A DNA stretch of 19,332 bases from a virus, in IMG/VR virus record IMGVR_UViG_3300045988_074229, positions 1 to 19,332 of that record. The stretch is one strand, 5' to 3'. Under the pieces are notes generated by a model, which had not been told where the DNA came from, searched no databases, and saw nothing but the letters and a program-made list of their open reading frames with translations. This document shows positions 11,821 through 19,332 of the stretch, piece by piece (within the stretch, counting starts at the first letter, position 1; every line of letters starts with the position of its first letter). Position numbers and translations under genes: made by a program.

Positions 11821-14800
11821 TTGGTAAAAGAAACAACAAAAATTAAGCTTTATTCAAAATCGCCATTTCGGAGCGATTACGCGAACGTTATCCATTTTGA
11901 CAATCGCGACGAGATGCAAAAATATTTTGATACCGATTCACCGCATCTAAAGAAAATTTATGAATCTGATAATTTTCAATTTATTTCGCGAACGGGTGAA
12001 ATCTACGTGAGCGGACGTCAGGAACAATTTGAGACAGCGACTTACATGTTTTTTAAAAACGCAGGTAAGGAATATTACGCGTTTGTTTACGACATTGCGT
12101 ATATTAACGAGAACACCACAAAAATTATTTATGAGTTGGATATTTGGAACACTTACCAACCAATGTTATTTAACAAAAACACTCAAGTCAGCGGAACCAT
12201 TGCGCAATATTTACCGTATTTACCGAGCGACGATAAAAACTTTAGAGCACGTCATACAAACACGCAAGGCTTTAACGTCGGAAGTAAAGCTACGGAAGAA
12301 ATTTATGACGTAGGCGCAAACTTAGTGGACTGGCTCGTTATTGTAGCTAAGCCAGAATTTAAATTTAAAGGTGAAGCAGGAACACCCGCGTCAGACATGT
12401 CTTTCTCAGGTACTCAAAAAAGCTTAAAATACTATTTTGTACCCGTCGAAATTGCAGGAAAAATGACGAAACAGTTTGAGCTCGACGGTCAGACCTATCC
12501 ACCAAAGCCAATCGTCACAATTTTGCTCGAGTGCTTCGGTATTACTGTCGGCGGTAAGCATATTAGTCCAACCAAGGACAATACGGCGGACGCGCAAAAC
12601 ATCGCCGCAAATAATATCGTAAATATGTACTACTCACGCTACCTTGGTATCGATTACGATTATGACGGAAGCGTTGTCAAGATTAAAAAAGCGGATGGCG
12701 ATATTTTCAACGTCGTAGGCGTTGGACGCCAATCATCAGCCGCACCTTCAGGCGGTTCGGGGGATCTCGTAACAGTCGGAGGGCCTACGGGAAGCGAGAA
12801 AGAAATCGCTGAACGTATTGCAAAAACTATAAAAGCAAATTATCCACCTGCAACGGTTAACGGAATCGCAGCACTCCTTGGAAACGCTAAACAAGAGTCA
12901 TCAATGGACTATACCATCGACGTTGCGGCAGGGCTTGGGCTTTGGCAATGGACGAGCACACGGGCGCAAGGTTTGCGAAATTATGCACACTCGAAAGGCA
13001 TTTCTGAACACACTATCGAAGCGCAAGTCGGATGGCTCCTTAACGAGCCAGGAGAAAGCGAAACGGCGAAAGCTGTACTTTCAGGAAACGATAGCGCTGG
13101 CAATTTGTCTGACATTTTTGTCACACGTTGGGAGCGCGCAGGTATTCCAGTCGCGGACAAGCGCAGAGCATACGCCGAAAGCTTCGTTCCTGTTGTTAAA
13201 GCTGTAATTAATGACGTAGGCAATAACAGCAACGCAGGAAAAAACGCGGACAATAAAACAACATCAGCGCCAAAACCTGCAGAAGTAACTGAAAAAGTTA
13301 TCGCAAAAGTAAAAGCTATGGCAAATAAAAGCGTAGGTAACGGACAATGTTACGCGCTCTCGTCTTATTATTGTCAGTGTTTCCGAGAGTTGGGCGTTGA
13401 TGCGCCTGGACTCGGTGCAGGCGTCGGAAATCTTTATAAACAAATCGGCGACACTTATAACGCTTACGCAATCGGAAGCGCTTACGACTGGAAATCATGC
13501 GGGTGGGGTGTGAAATTTAATCCATCGGAAGAAGATTTTAAAAACGCCGCGGGCTGTATGATTAACTATAAACCAAACTACGGACCAACGGTGACAGGCG
13601 GTGCAGGGCATACCGGTATTTGTATAAGCTACGATGGACACAGCTTACACACCGTGGAACAAAACTACGGCAACAACGGCTATACTTTGGACCACGTCGT
13701 CACACACGTTCACGCGGATGCTTTGTCTAGTATTGTGATACCACCGGACGTACTCGCAGGCGGAAAGATTAATCCTGACGTTGTTGGAGACGCAAGCGGT
13801 GGAGATGGCTCAGGCGGTGCGAATAGTGCGGCTTATATCGTAAAAATTGTAGAGCATCCAAAAGCAGCGCCTAAATTTATCGAGATTGACGAACTAAAAC
13901 CTAAGATTCTAAAACGTCTCAAAGCGTATATCAAAGACACGTTAGGCGAACGTTTCGTTCACATGGCGAACCAATTGCTTTTAATTTCCGAACTTATTGA
14001 CGTCGAATTGTACGATTATTACGGAAACACGTACGCTTATCAGCTCGAGCTTTTGAACAATCTCCAAACCGAGGACGGTAAGTACTACAATAAATCAGCC
14101 ATAATGCTACTCGGAAGCGTTGGAGACCAAAATTACAATTTTGCGGGGCTCGTTGGATACGGTCACACTCATAATATTGTTGATCAAAATAATAAGACTT
14201 TTAAAATTAAAGCAAAAGCGGACGAGAACATTATATCCAAGTGGGATATTATGCAATACGGAATTTTTGACACAACAGGAAAAAATCTGACAATTCTCGA
14301 CGACGCTACGGCTACGTACATTCAAGGACACGCGGCACAGATTAAAGCGCAACAAGCAAGCTTTAATGAAAACGCAAGCCTCCAAAGACAACAAGCGGAT
14401 ATGAACAATCGTCAGACCTCATTTGCTAACGACAAAAATATTTACGGAGCGAATTTCGCAGTGGATCAAAGCGTCTTCAAGCGCGGAAAAGCTGGAGTCA
14501 TGGCAACAGTAGACGTCGCGACAAATGCGCTCGACATCTTTTCTCCACTTAAAAAAGATGAGACTTATTTGGGTAAGTTTATGTCAACGGCAAGCAACAC
14601 CGCAAAAGCAGGAATGAACGGATACTACAACGTCCAACAGTCGCTCATGGATGTCACAAACGCAAAAGTAAATCGTTCCTTTGCGCAAGATGAAAACGAA
14701 TTACGTAGCCAAAGTACAGCGCTCGCGAACTTGCAAGCAAAAACAGCCATTGACCAACAAATCCGCGCCTTTAACGCGACAATGACAGACTTACAAAATC

Positions 14801-15210
14801 AACCTGATGGCATACAACAAATGGGTAACGATATTAGCTTCCAAACAAGTAATTACCAACAAGGATTATTTATTCGTATTCGTTTTCCATATCCAGAACA
14901 ACTTAAAACAGTTTTGACATATATGCATCTCTACGGTTATATCTATCAAACAGAATCAAACGACGTTTTAAAATATGCATATAATCGCAAAGCGTTTAAC
15001 TATATTAAATTAACAAGCGTGGATGTCAGCGGACTTGAAGCACCGCAAAGCGACTTAGCTATGATTAAAAATATCTTAGCATCAGGCGTGCGAATCTGGG
15101 AAGCGAAATACTTAGATTATACTAAGCCTAAGCCGTTTGACATCTATACGCAAAACCCAAACCGTGCGGACGACCAGGCGGTTCTTGACAGCTATCGAAA
15201 CTTTGATTAA
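11821..15210 (+). CDS. Tail knob protein (phi29 gp9-like) with inserted tail-lysozyme-like and CHAP peptidoglycan-hydrolase domains (1129 aa), TTG start
   Basis: The N-terminus SPFRSDYANVIHFDNRDEMQKYF resembles phi29 gp9 VPFSNDYKNTRWFTSSSNQYNWF (recalled). Gly/Ser linkers lie near 12730..12790 and 13786..13830. The lysozyme-like segment is LLGNAKQESSMDY...GLGLWQWTS...RWERAG. The CHAP segment is GNGQCYALSSYY...GAGHTGICISYDG...VEQN. Confidence 0.85.
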   Translation: MVKETTKIKLYSKSPFRSDYANVIHFDNRDEMQKYFDTDSPHLKKIYESDNFQFISRTGEIYVSGRQEQFETATYMFFKNAGKEYYAFVYDIAYINENTTKIIYELDIWNTYQPMLFNKNTQVSGTIAQYLPYLPSDDKNFRARHTNTQGFNVGSKATEEIYDVGANLVDWLVIVAKPEFKFKGEAGTPASDMSFSGTQKSLKYYFVPVEIAGKMTKQFELDGQTYPPKPIVTILLECFGITVGGKHISPTKDNTADAQNIAANNIVNMYYSRYLGIDYDYDGSVVKIKKADGDIFNVVGVGRQSSAAPSGGSGDLVTVGGPTGSEKEIAERIAKTIKANYPPATVNGIAALLGNAKQESSMDYTIDVAAGLGLWQWTSTRAQGLRNYAHSKGISEHTIEAQVGWLLNEPGESETAKAVLSGNDSAGNLSDIFVTRWERAGIPVADKRRAYAESFVPVVKAVINDVGNNSNAGKNADNKTTSAPKPAEVTEKVIAKVKAMANKSVGNGQCYALSSYYCQCFRELGVDAPGLGAGVGNLYKQIGDTYNAYAIGSAYDWKSCGWGVKFNPSEEDFKNAAGCMINYKPNYGPTVTGGAGHTGICISYDGHSLHTVEQNYGNNGYTLDHVVTHVHADALSSIVIPPDVLAGGKINPDVVGDASGGDGSGGANSAAYIVKIVEHPKAAPKFIEIDELKPKILKRLKAYIKDTLGERFVHMANQLLLISELIDVELYDYYGNTYAYQLELLNNLQTEDGKYYNKSAIMLLGSVGDQNYNFAGLVGYGHTHNIVDQNNKTFKIKAKADENIISKWDIMQYGIFDTTGKNLTILDDATATYIQGHAAQIKAQQASFNENASLQRQQADMNNRQTSFANDKNIYGANFAVDQSVFKRGKAGVMATVDVATNALDIFSPLKKDETYLGKFMSTASNTAKAGMNGYYNVQQSLMDVTNAKVNRSFAQDENELRSQSTALANLQAKTAIDQQIRAFNATMTDLQNQPDGIQQMGNDISFQTSNYQQGLFIRIRFPYPEQLKTVLTYMHLYGYIYQTESNDVLKYAYNRKAFNYIKLTSVDVSGLEAPQSDLAMIKNILASGVRIWEAKYLDYTKPKPFDIYTQNPNRADDQAVLDSYRNFD

Positions 15211-15226
15211 GGAGGTGTAACAATGG

Positions 15227-16306
15227 ATGGAACAACATAAAAAGGAATGGTACAATCCACAGAAAATGCTATCTTATAATCAATTTCTCAACTTTGTTAT
15301 CGGCGGGCGTGATATCGGTAAAACTTTCGCGATGAAAAAATATCTGTTACAACAATTTGTAAAAAATGGTAAACAATCGCTCTATCTGCGACGCAATAAA
15401 ACAGAACTGGACGGCATAGACAAAGAAAGCTTTTTCCCTCGTATTATGCTTGAGCAAATCTTCCCAAACTACGAAGAAGCAGAAGTGAACGTATCGCGAA
15501 CACAAACTAAAATAACTTTTACATCAACGCTCGAAGGTTACGAGGACGGTGAGTTTATCATAACGAGCGGAAAAATCATGCTGAATGGACGCGTTGTTAT
15601 TTACTTAAAATCTCTCAGCACGTGGGTGAATTTAAAAGGTTCAGAGTACGATAACGTTTACTTTATAATGTTCGATGAAGTCTTAATCGACACAAGCTCT
15701 AACAAGCGCTATCTTAAAAACGAAGTAGAAGCTTTTCTAAATCTCTTAATTTCGGTATTTCGACAACGTAAAAACTGTCACGTATACTTGCTCTCAAATG
15801 CTGCGAACATCAACAACCCGTATTTTGCGTATTTTAAATTTTACGAAAACACAGACAGACGCTTTTACAACTTAAAAGACCGCCGTATCCTGATTGAATT
15901 TCCACCTAATCAACCGTTTGACGGTTCATCAGACGACGACATTTACCATCTTATCAAGGATTCAAAGATTTACGATTCGGTGGCAAATAATAAATTTCAA
16001 GTCGGCCGAGGTAAAAATATCGGAAAGCTCAAAGGCGAGAAGACTTATCTTTATTCTCTCTATATAGACGGAGTTACTCTCTCTTGCTACAGTTGTAATG
16101 GCTTAGTATACGTAAAAGTCGGATATGACAAACACCGCAACATTTACAGCGTAGACCCTGCGGAATCTGAAAACGGTCTCATTTACATGGACAGAAGCTC
16201 AGATCTCGCGTGGACTCTCCGACAATGCTATTTAAAAAACTGCATATGGTACGAAAACGCTGAGGCAAAAAACTACATGCTAACGCTTATATCTAAAATC
16301 CTATAA
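15227..16306 (+). CDS. DNA encapsidation ATPase (phi29 gp16-like, 359 aa)
   Basis: WYNPQKMLSYNQFLNFVIGGRDIGKTFAMKK matches recalled gp16 FYNPQKMLSYDRILNFVIGARGIGKSYAMK. Walker A is GGRDIGKT and Walker B is VYFIMFDEV. SD GGAGG is upstream. Confidence 0.95.
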   Translation: MEQHKKEWYNPQKMLSYNQFLNFVIGGRDIGKTFAMKKYLLQQFVKNGKQSLYLRRNKTELDGIDKESFFPRIMLEQIFPNYEEAEVNVSRTQTKITFTSTLEGYEDGEFIITSGKIMLNGRVVIYLKSLSTWVNLKGSEYDNVYFIMFDEVLIDTSSNKRYLKNEVEAFLNLLISVFRQRKNCHVYLLSNAANINNPYFAYFKFYENTDRRFYNLKDRRILIEFPPNQPFDGSSDDDIYHLIKDSKIYDSVANNKFQVGRGKNIGKLKGEKTYLYSLYIDGVTLSCYSCNGLVYVKVGYDKHRNIYSVDPAESENGLIYMDRSSDLAWTLRQCYLKNCIWYENAEAKNYMLTLISKIL

Positions 16307-16328
16307 CCATTGAAAGGAGGTGAGAAAA

Positions 16329-16715
16329 ATGGTAGAACATCAGCTTTATAGTGCACTTTTAAAAGCTGCTCAATCTGACTGGACAGTTTTGCTTACAATT
16401 GTAATAGCGTTTGACATCGCGACAGGCTACGCAAAATCATACGTTTGGAAAGTTACCGACAGCGCGGTAGGCGTTAAAGGCTTGCTTAAACACTTGACAA
16501 CTTTGCTCGTTTATGTCTTTGCTTACGGTCTAGCTATTGACTTTGACATGTCTACGCTTGGCGTTACGCTTGTCGTTTACAGCTTGCTAAATTACGCGCT
16601 TTCAATTGTCGAGAATCTAGGCGTAATGGGCGTTATTACACCAAAATTCTTGCAAGCTAAAATCCGCTCAGAAATCGAGCGCTACGAATCAAAACTAGAC
16701 AAAGGAGGAAAATAA
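16329..16715 (+). CDS. Holin (phage_holin_4-like, 128 aa from the ATG at 16329)
   Basis: Located immediately upstream of the endolysin. It has multiple hydrophobic segments (LLTIVIAFDIATGYA, LTTLLVYVFAYGLAI, LGVTLVVYSLLNYALSIV) and a charged C-terminus. SD GGAGG (16316..16320) lies 8 nt before the ATG at 16329. The track's GTG at 16320 overlaps the SD. Confidence 0.85.
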   Translation: MVEHQLYSALLKAAQSDWTVLLTIVIAFDIATGYAKSYVWKVTDSAVGVKGLLKHLTTLLVYVFAYGLAIDFDMSTLGVTLVVYSLLNYALSIVENLGVMGVITPKFLQAKIRSEIERYESKLDKGGK

Positions 16716-18041
16716 ATGAGTTACCAAGACTATAAAAATTCTCACATGTCGCTTGGCGTAGACGTCGACGGATGGTACGGAAATCAATGCTGGGACGGCT
16801 ACGCTGACTATTGTCAATATCTCGGCGTTCCATACGCAAACTGTACCGCATCTGGATATGCTAAGGACATCTGGGAACAACGCCACGAAAACGGAATGCT
16901 CGACAACTTTGACGAAGTCGAGATCATGCAACCCGGCGACATTGCTATTTTTCAAGTAGCACCAGCAACACCTGTTTCACACGTTGCAATTTTTGACTCA
17001 GACGCAGGCAACGGCTACGGGAACTTTTTCGGACAAAACCAAGGCGCACCGAACGGCGTGTACAATATTGTACAGCTACCCTACGACGCAACTTATCCCA
17101 CGGCGTTTAGGCGCAAGGTCTTAACGCAAACAAGCGCACAGCGTACCAATAAATATTTTTTAGACGTCAGCGCATATCAGCCAGGCGACCTTAGCGGAAT
17201 TTGTGAGCAAGCAGGCACACGAGACACAATTATTAAAGTCACGGAAGGCAACGGATGGGCCAGCCCCGTGGCATCACAACAAGTCCAAACATCAAACGCT
17301 ATCGGCTATTATCACTTTGCACGGTTCGGCGGTTCTGTTGCACAAGCGGACGCGGAAGCCTCACACTTTTTGTCAAACTTGCCATATCCTAACGTCAAAT
17401 ACTTAGTGTGCGACTATGAGGACGACGCAAGCGCAGACCGTAACGCAAACACGGAAGCCGTAATTCATTTCATGCAACGCTGTAAGGACGCTGGTTACAA
17501 GCCACTGTATTACTCATACAAGCCTTACACGTTAGCAAATGTGGACGCTGACCGAATCACGGCGACGTTTGGGCCTTGCTTGTGGATCGCGGCTTACCCT
17601 AACTATGACGTGACACCTGAGCCATACTGGCCTTTAAATCCGAATATGAACGGACAAATCGCGTGGCAATTTACATCAACCGCCATCGCAGGCGGATTAG
17701 ACAAATCCATTTTCTTAACAGACGACGACACAGAAATTATTAATACACAAACGGAGGACACAAACATGACAGACTTTGTAGCACGAAATCACACAGGCGA
17801 CAGCGGATACGTAGCAATTGTAAACGACCGAGTTTTCGGTATTGGAGACATGGACACTGTATTACAACTTCAAGCCGCAGGAGCAAAACACCTGAACCTC
17901 AATGACGCAGACTTCGGACGTTTCATTGACTCACGTGCCTCAAGCTCAGACGTAGCTAAAGCGCTTAAAGACGCATCAGCGGACGTAGTCAAACAAATTG
18001 AAGATCTCAAAGCGACTGGCGTAAATGCGCCACAGCAATAA
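16716..18041 (+). CDS. Endolysin: N-terminal CHAP + central GH25 muramidase + unassigned C-terminal domain (441 aa)
   Basis: CHAP motifs are YGNQCWDGY (Cys) and VSHVAIFD (His). GH25 motifs are FLDVSAYQ, IIKVTEGNGW, GYYHFARF and LVCDYED. SD AAAGGAGG is upstream. A bidirectional terminator follows. Confidence 0.95.
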   Translation: MSYQDYKNSHMSLGVDVDGWYGNQCWDGYADYCQYLGVPYANCTASGYAKDIWEQRHENGMLDNFDEVEIMQPGDIAIFQVAPATPVSHVAIFDSDAGNGYGNFFGQNQGAPNGVYNIVQLPYDATYPTAFRRKVLTQTSAQRTNKYFLDVSAYQPGDLSGICEQAGTRDTIIKVTEGNGWASPVASQQVQTSNAIGYYHFARFGGSVAQADAEASHFLSNLPYPNVKYLVCDYEDDASADRNANTEAVIHFMQRCKDAGYKPLYYSYKPYTLANVDADRITATFGPCLWIAAYPNYDVTPEPYWPLNPNMNGQIAWQFTSTAIAGGLDKSIFLTDDDTEIINTQTEDTNMTDFVARNHTGDSGYVAIVNDRVFGIGDMDTVLQLQAAGAKHLNLNDADFGRFIDSRASSSDVAKALKDASADVVKQIEDLKATGVNAPQQ

Positions 18042-18064
18042 TAGCACAAAGCTTACATAAAAGC

Positions 18065-18095
18065 AAAAAAGAGCCGTAATGGCTCTTTTCTTATT
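18065..18095. terminator. Bidirectional intrinsic terminator between the convergent late and right-early operons
   Basis: Stem AGAGCC/GGCUCU (18070..18075 with 18081..18086), loop GUAAU. It is flanked by A6 upstream and a T-rich tract downstream, so a U run follows the hairpin on both strands. Confidence 0.8.
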
Positions 18096-18162
18096 TTCCG
18101 TATTGTAATACCATTTCAAGCACACCACACGCTAAATCGCGCGCTAGTAGAGTTAGTAGCAT
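18091..18162 (-). CDS. Possible 23-codon hydrophobic micro-ORF (MLLTLLARDLACGVLEMVLQYGK)
   Basis: The ATG (complement of 18160..18162) lies 8 nt downstream of a perfect GGAGGT (complement of 18171..18176). It starts just after the stop of gene 18167..18517 and ends at the terminator. It is below the ORF-track size cutoff. Confidence 0.3.
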   Translation of the reverse strand: MLLTLLARDLACGVLEMVLQYGK

Positions 18163-18166
18163 AATA

Positions 18167-18517
18167 CTAAACCTCCAATTCATCAATTTGCGGACGACCT
18201 TCGTCAGACGTTATAAAGTGTCGAAGTAGTACGCTATTTTTACTAGTCGTCCCGACAATCACCGCGCATCCTTTTGCGTCGTAGCCTTCGTCGTCTGTCT
18301 CGTAAATTGCTATACGTGTACGCCCTGCCGTATCCTTATAAGCGTTAAAGTTAAACTCAGCCTTTTGCTTAAGCTCACCTTTATAAATAAGTAAGTCCTC
18401 ATAGTCGCTCGCAGTCATCGCGCTTACTAGCTCGCTTACGCGTTTAATCTTCGTTAGCTTGTTACCTTCGTAGCTGTATTCCATCACCACATAATATTTA
18501 CCGCTTTTAAATTTCAT
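18167..18517 (-). CDS. Hypothetical right-end early protein (116 aa)
   Basis: SD AAAGGAG. TAATG overlap with the upstream gene. No family recognised. Confidence 0.8.
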   Translation of the reverse strand: MKFKSGKYYVVMEYSYEGNKLTKIKRVSELVSAMTASDYEDLLIYKGELKQKAEFNFNAYKDTAGRTRIAIYETDDEGYDAKGCAVIVGTTSKNSVLLRHFITSDEGRPQIDELEV

Positions 18518-18891
18518 TAGTCTAACTCCTTTGCTATATCTTTCACAACTTTAGTCACACCACGTCGCACGTCGCTTACTAAATCAGCGTATAAAATATT
18601 TTTTGGATCAGCCGTCACGACGTTTACGCTCAGCGCTTCACAATCCAAAATTGCAAGCTCTTCGTTAATGTCTCGCTCACCGCTTGCGCACATCTTAAAA
18701 ATTGTTCGCAAGTTCTCAAGCTCCGTATCAGCCCACTCAACAAAGTGGTCGCCGTATTGTCCCATCGTATGTACCTCACGCCATAGCTTATCAGCGTGGT
18801 TAGCTAAGTACGTGCAAGCCTCAGCCTTTGTGCTACAGTATTGTGCCAGGTCTTTTTTATAGCTGTAATAAGTAATGTAATAGCTTTTCAT
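18517..18891 (-). CDS. Hypothetical right-end early protein (124 aa)
   Basis: SD GAGGTGA upstream. No family recognised. Confidence 0.8.
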   Translation of the reverse strand: MKSYYITYYSYKKDLAQYCSTKAEACTYLANHADKLWREVHTMGQYGDHFVEWADTELENLRTIFKMCASGERDINEELAILDCEALSVNVVTADPKNILYADLVSDVRRGVTKVVKDIAKELD

Positions 18892-18902
18892 AATCGCTCA
18901 CC

Positions 18903-19244
18903 TCACAATTCTACTTTTTCGTCTAGCGGTAGCTTTTCAAGCCAATCAGTAGTAGCAGTAAAGCTTTTACGTGTGCGCCCCGTGTTAAATGCCCTGGTTG
19001 TCATTAGCGCGTAAGTAGCGCTAAATGTGCTGTTATGTTCTTTCCAACAACAGTTATCGTACACGTCTTTAACTTGTCCGTCCCAGTAGTCGTCGTTCAT
19101 ATAATCTACCATACTACCTACGCTTTTTGTAATACTCGTTACGTAAGTAACTCCGCAAACCTTAACATAACGCATCTCATAAACAAATTCGTCATCTGTC
19201 TTGTAATCTTGGTACATCCAGTTAAATTGTTCAGCTGTAAGCAT
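18903..19244 (-). CDS. Hypothetical right-end early protein (113 aa)
   Basis: First ORF downstream of the right ITR promoter. The SD is weak (TAGGT). The protein is Cys/Trp/Tyr-rich. No family recognised. Confidence 0.75.
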   Translation of the reverse strand: MLTAEQFNWMYQDYKTDDEFVYEMRYVKVCGVTYVTSITKSVGSMVDYMNDDYWDGQVKDVYDNCCWKEHNSTFSATYALMTTRAFNTGRTRKSFTATTDWLEKLPLDEKVEL

Positions 19245-19277
19245 AATAAGTAACCTATAACTAACTTTTGTTAGTTT

Positions 19278-19332
19278 CTTTCTGTTTTATCTACTATAAG
19301 TATAGCACTAATACATCTACCTGTCAAGTAAA
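19278..19332. repeat. Right inverted terminal repeat (55 bp)
   Basis: Exact reverse complement of 1..55, checked base by base. Confidence 0.95.
19299..19327 (-). promoter_or_regulatory. Early promoter inside the right ITR (TTGACA-17-TATACT on the minus strand)
   Basis: Mirror copy of 6..34. It drives the three - strand genes. Confidence 0.75.

Noticed and set aside
16320-16328. GTG start for the holin as given in the ORF track
   Set aside because: The GTG overlaps the SD (GGAGGTG). The ATG at 16329 sits 8 nt downstream of the GGAGG and is the more likely start.
1-19332. Search by eye for CRISPR arrays, tRNA/tmRNA genes, integrase or repressor (lysogeny) genes, transposases and toxin-antitoxin pairs
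   Set aside because: No regularly spaced direct repeats, no cloverleaf-compatible 70-90 nt segments and no recombinase-like ORFs were seen. The gene content is that of a strictly lytic phi29/Cp-1-type phage.

Overview
The window reads as a complete linear genome (19,332 bp) of a small protein-primed podophage of the phi29/Cp-1 type (Salasmaviridae, formerly Picovirinae). SD sequences of the AAAGGAGG type and CHAP/GH25 lysins point to a low-GC Gram-positive host. It is bounded by perfect 55-bp inverted terminal repeats, each carrying an inward-facing TTGACA-17-TATACT promoter. Layout: (1) a left early operon on the + strand with two orphan genes, a putative terminal protein and a family-B protein-primed DNA polymerase. 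(2) A 657-bp protein-free island (3246..3902) with four consensus-like promoters, four intrinsic terminators and three predicted small RNAs. (3) A long + strand late operon: scaffold, small acidic protein, major capsid protein, portal, putative lower collar, Prp-like protease candidate, fibre/appendage proteins, a tail-knob protein with inserted lysozyme and CHAP domains, gp16-type packaging ATPase, holin, and a CHAP+GH25 endolysin. (4) A right early operon on the - strand with three orphan genes plus a possible 23-codon ORF. Collinear left-early and late transcription matches my recollection of Cp-1 rather than phi29. The most interesting unexplained part is the non-coding island. Its RNAs show extensive loop-to-loop and RNA-to-RNA complementarity and an anti-Shine-Dalgarno-like tract. 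They are the obvious candidates for the prohead/packaging RNA that a phi29-type portal and ATPase motor is expected to need. Other points worth a second look: no recognisable 3'-5' exonuclease motifs in the polymerase, 5'-TTT genome ends, an internal in-frame SD+ATG in the endolysin, and hydrolase domains inserted into the tail knob. All homology statements come from reading the translations against family sequences recalled from memory; no searches were run.
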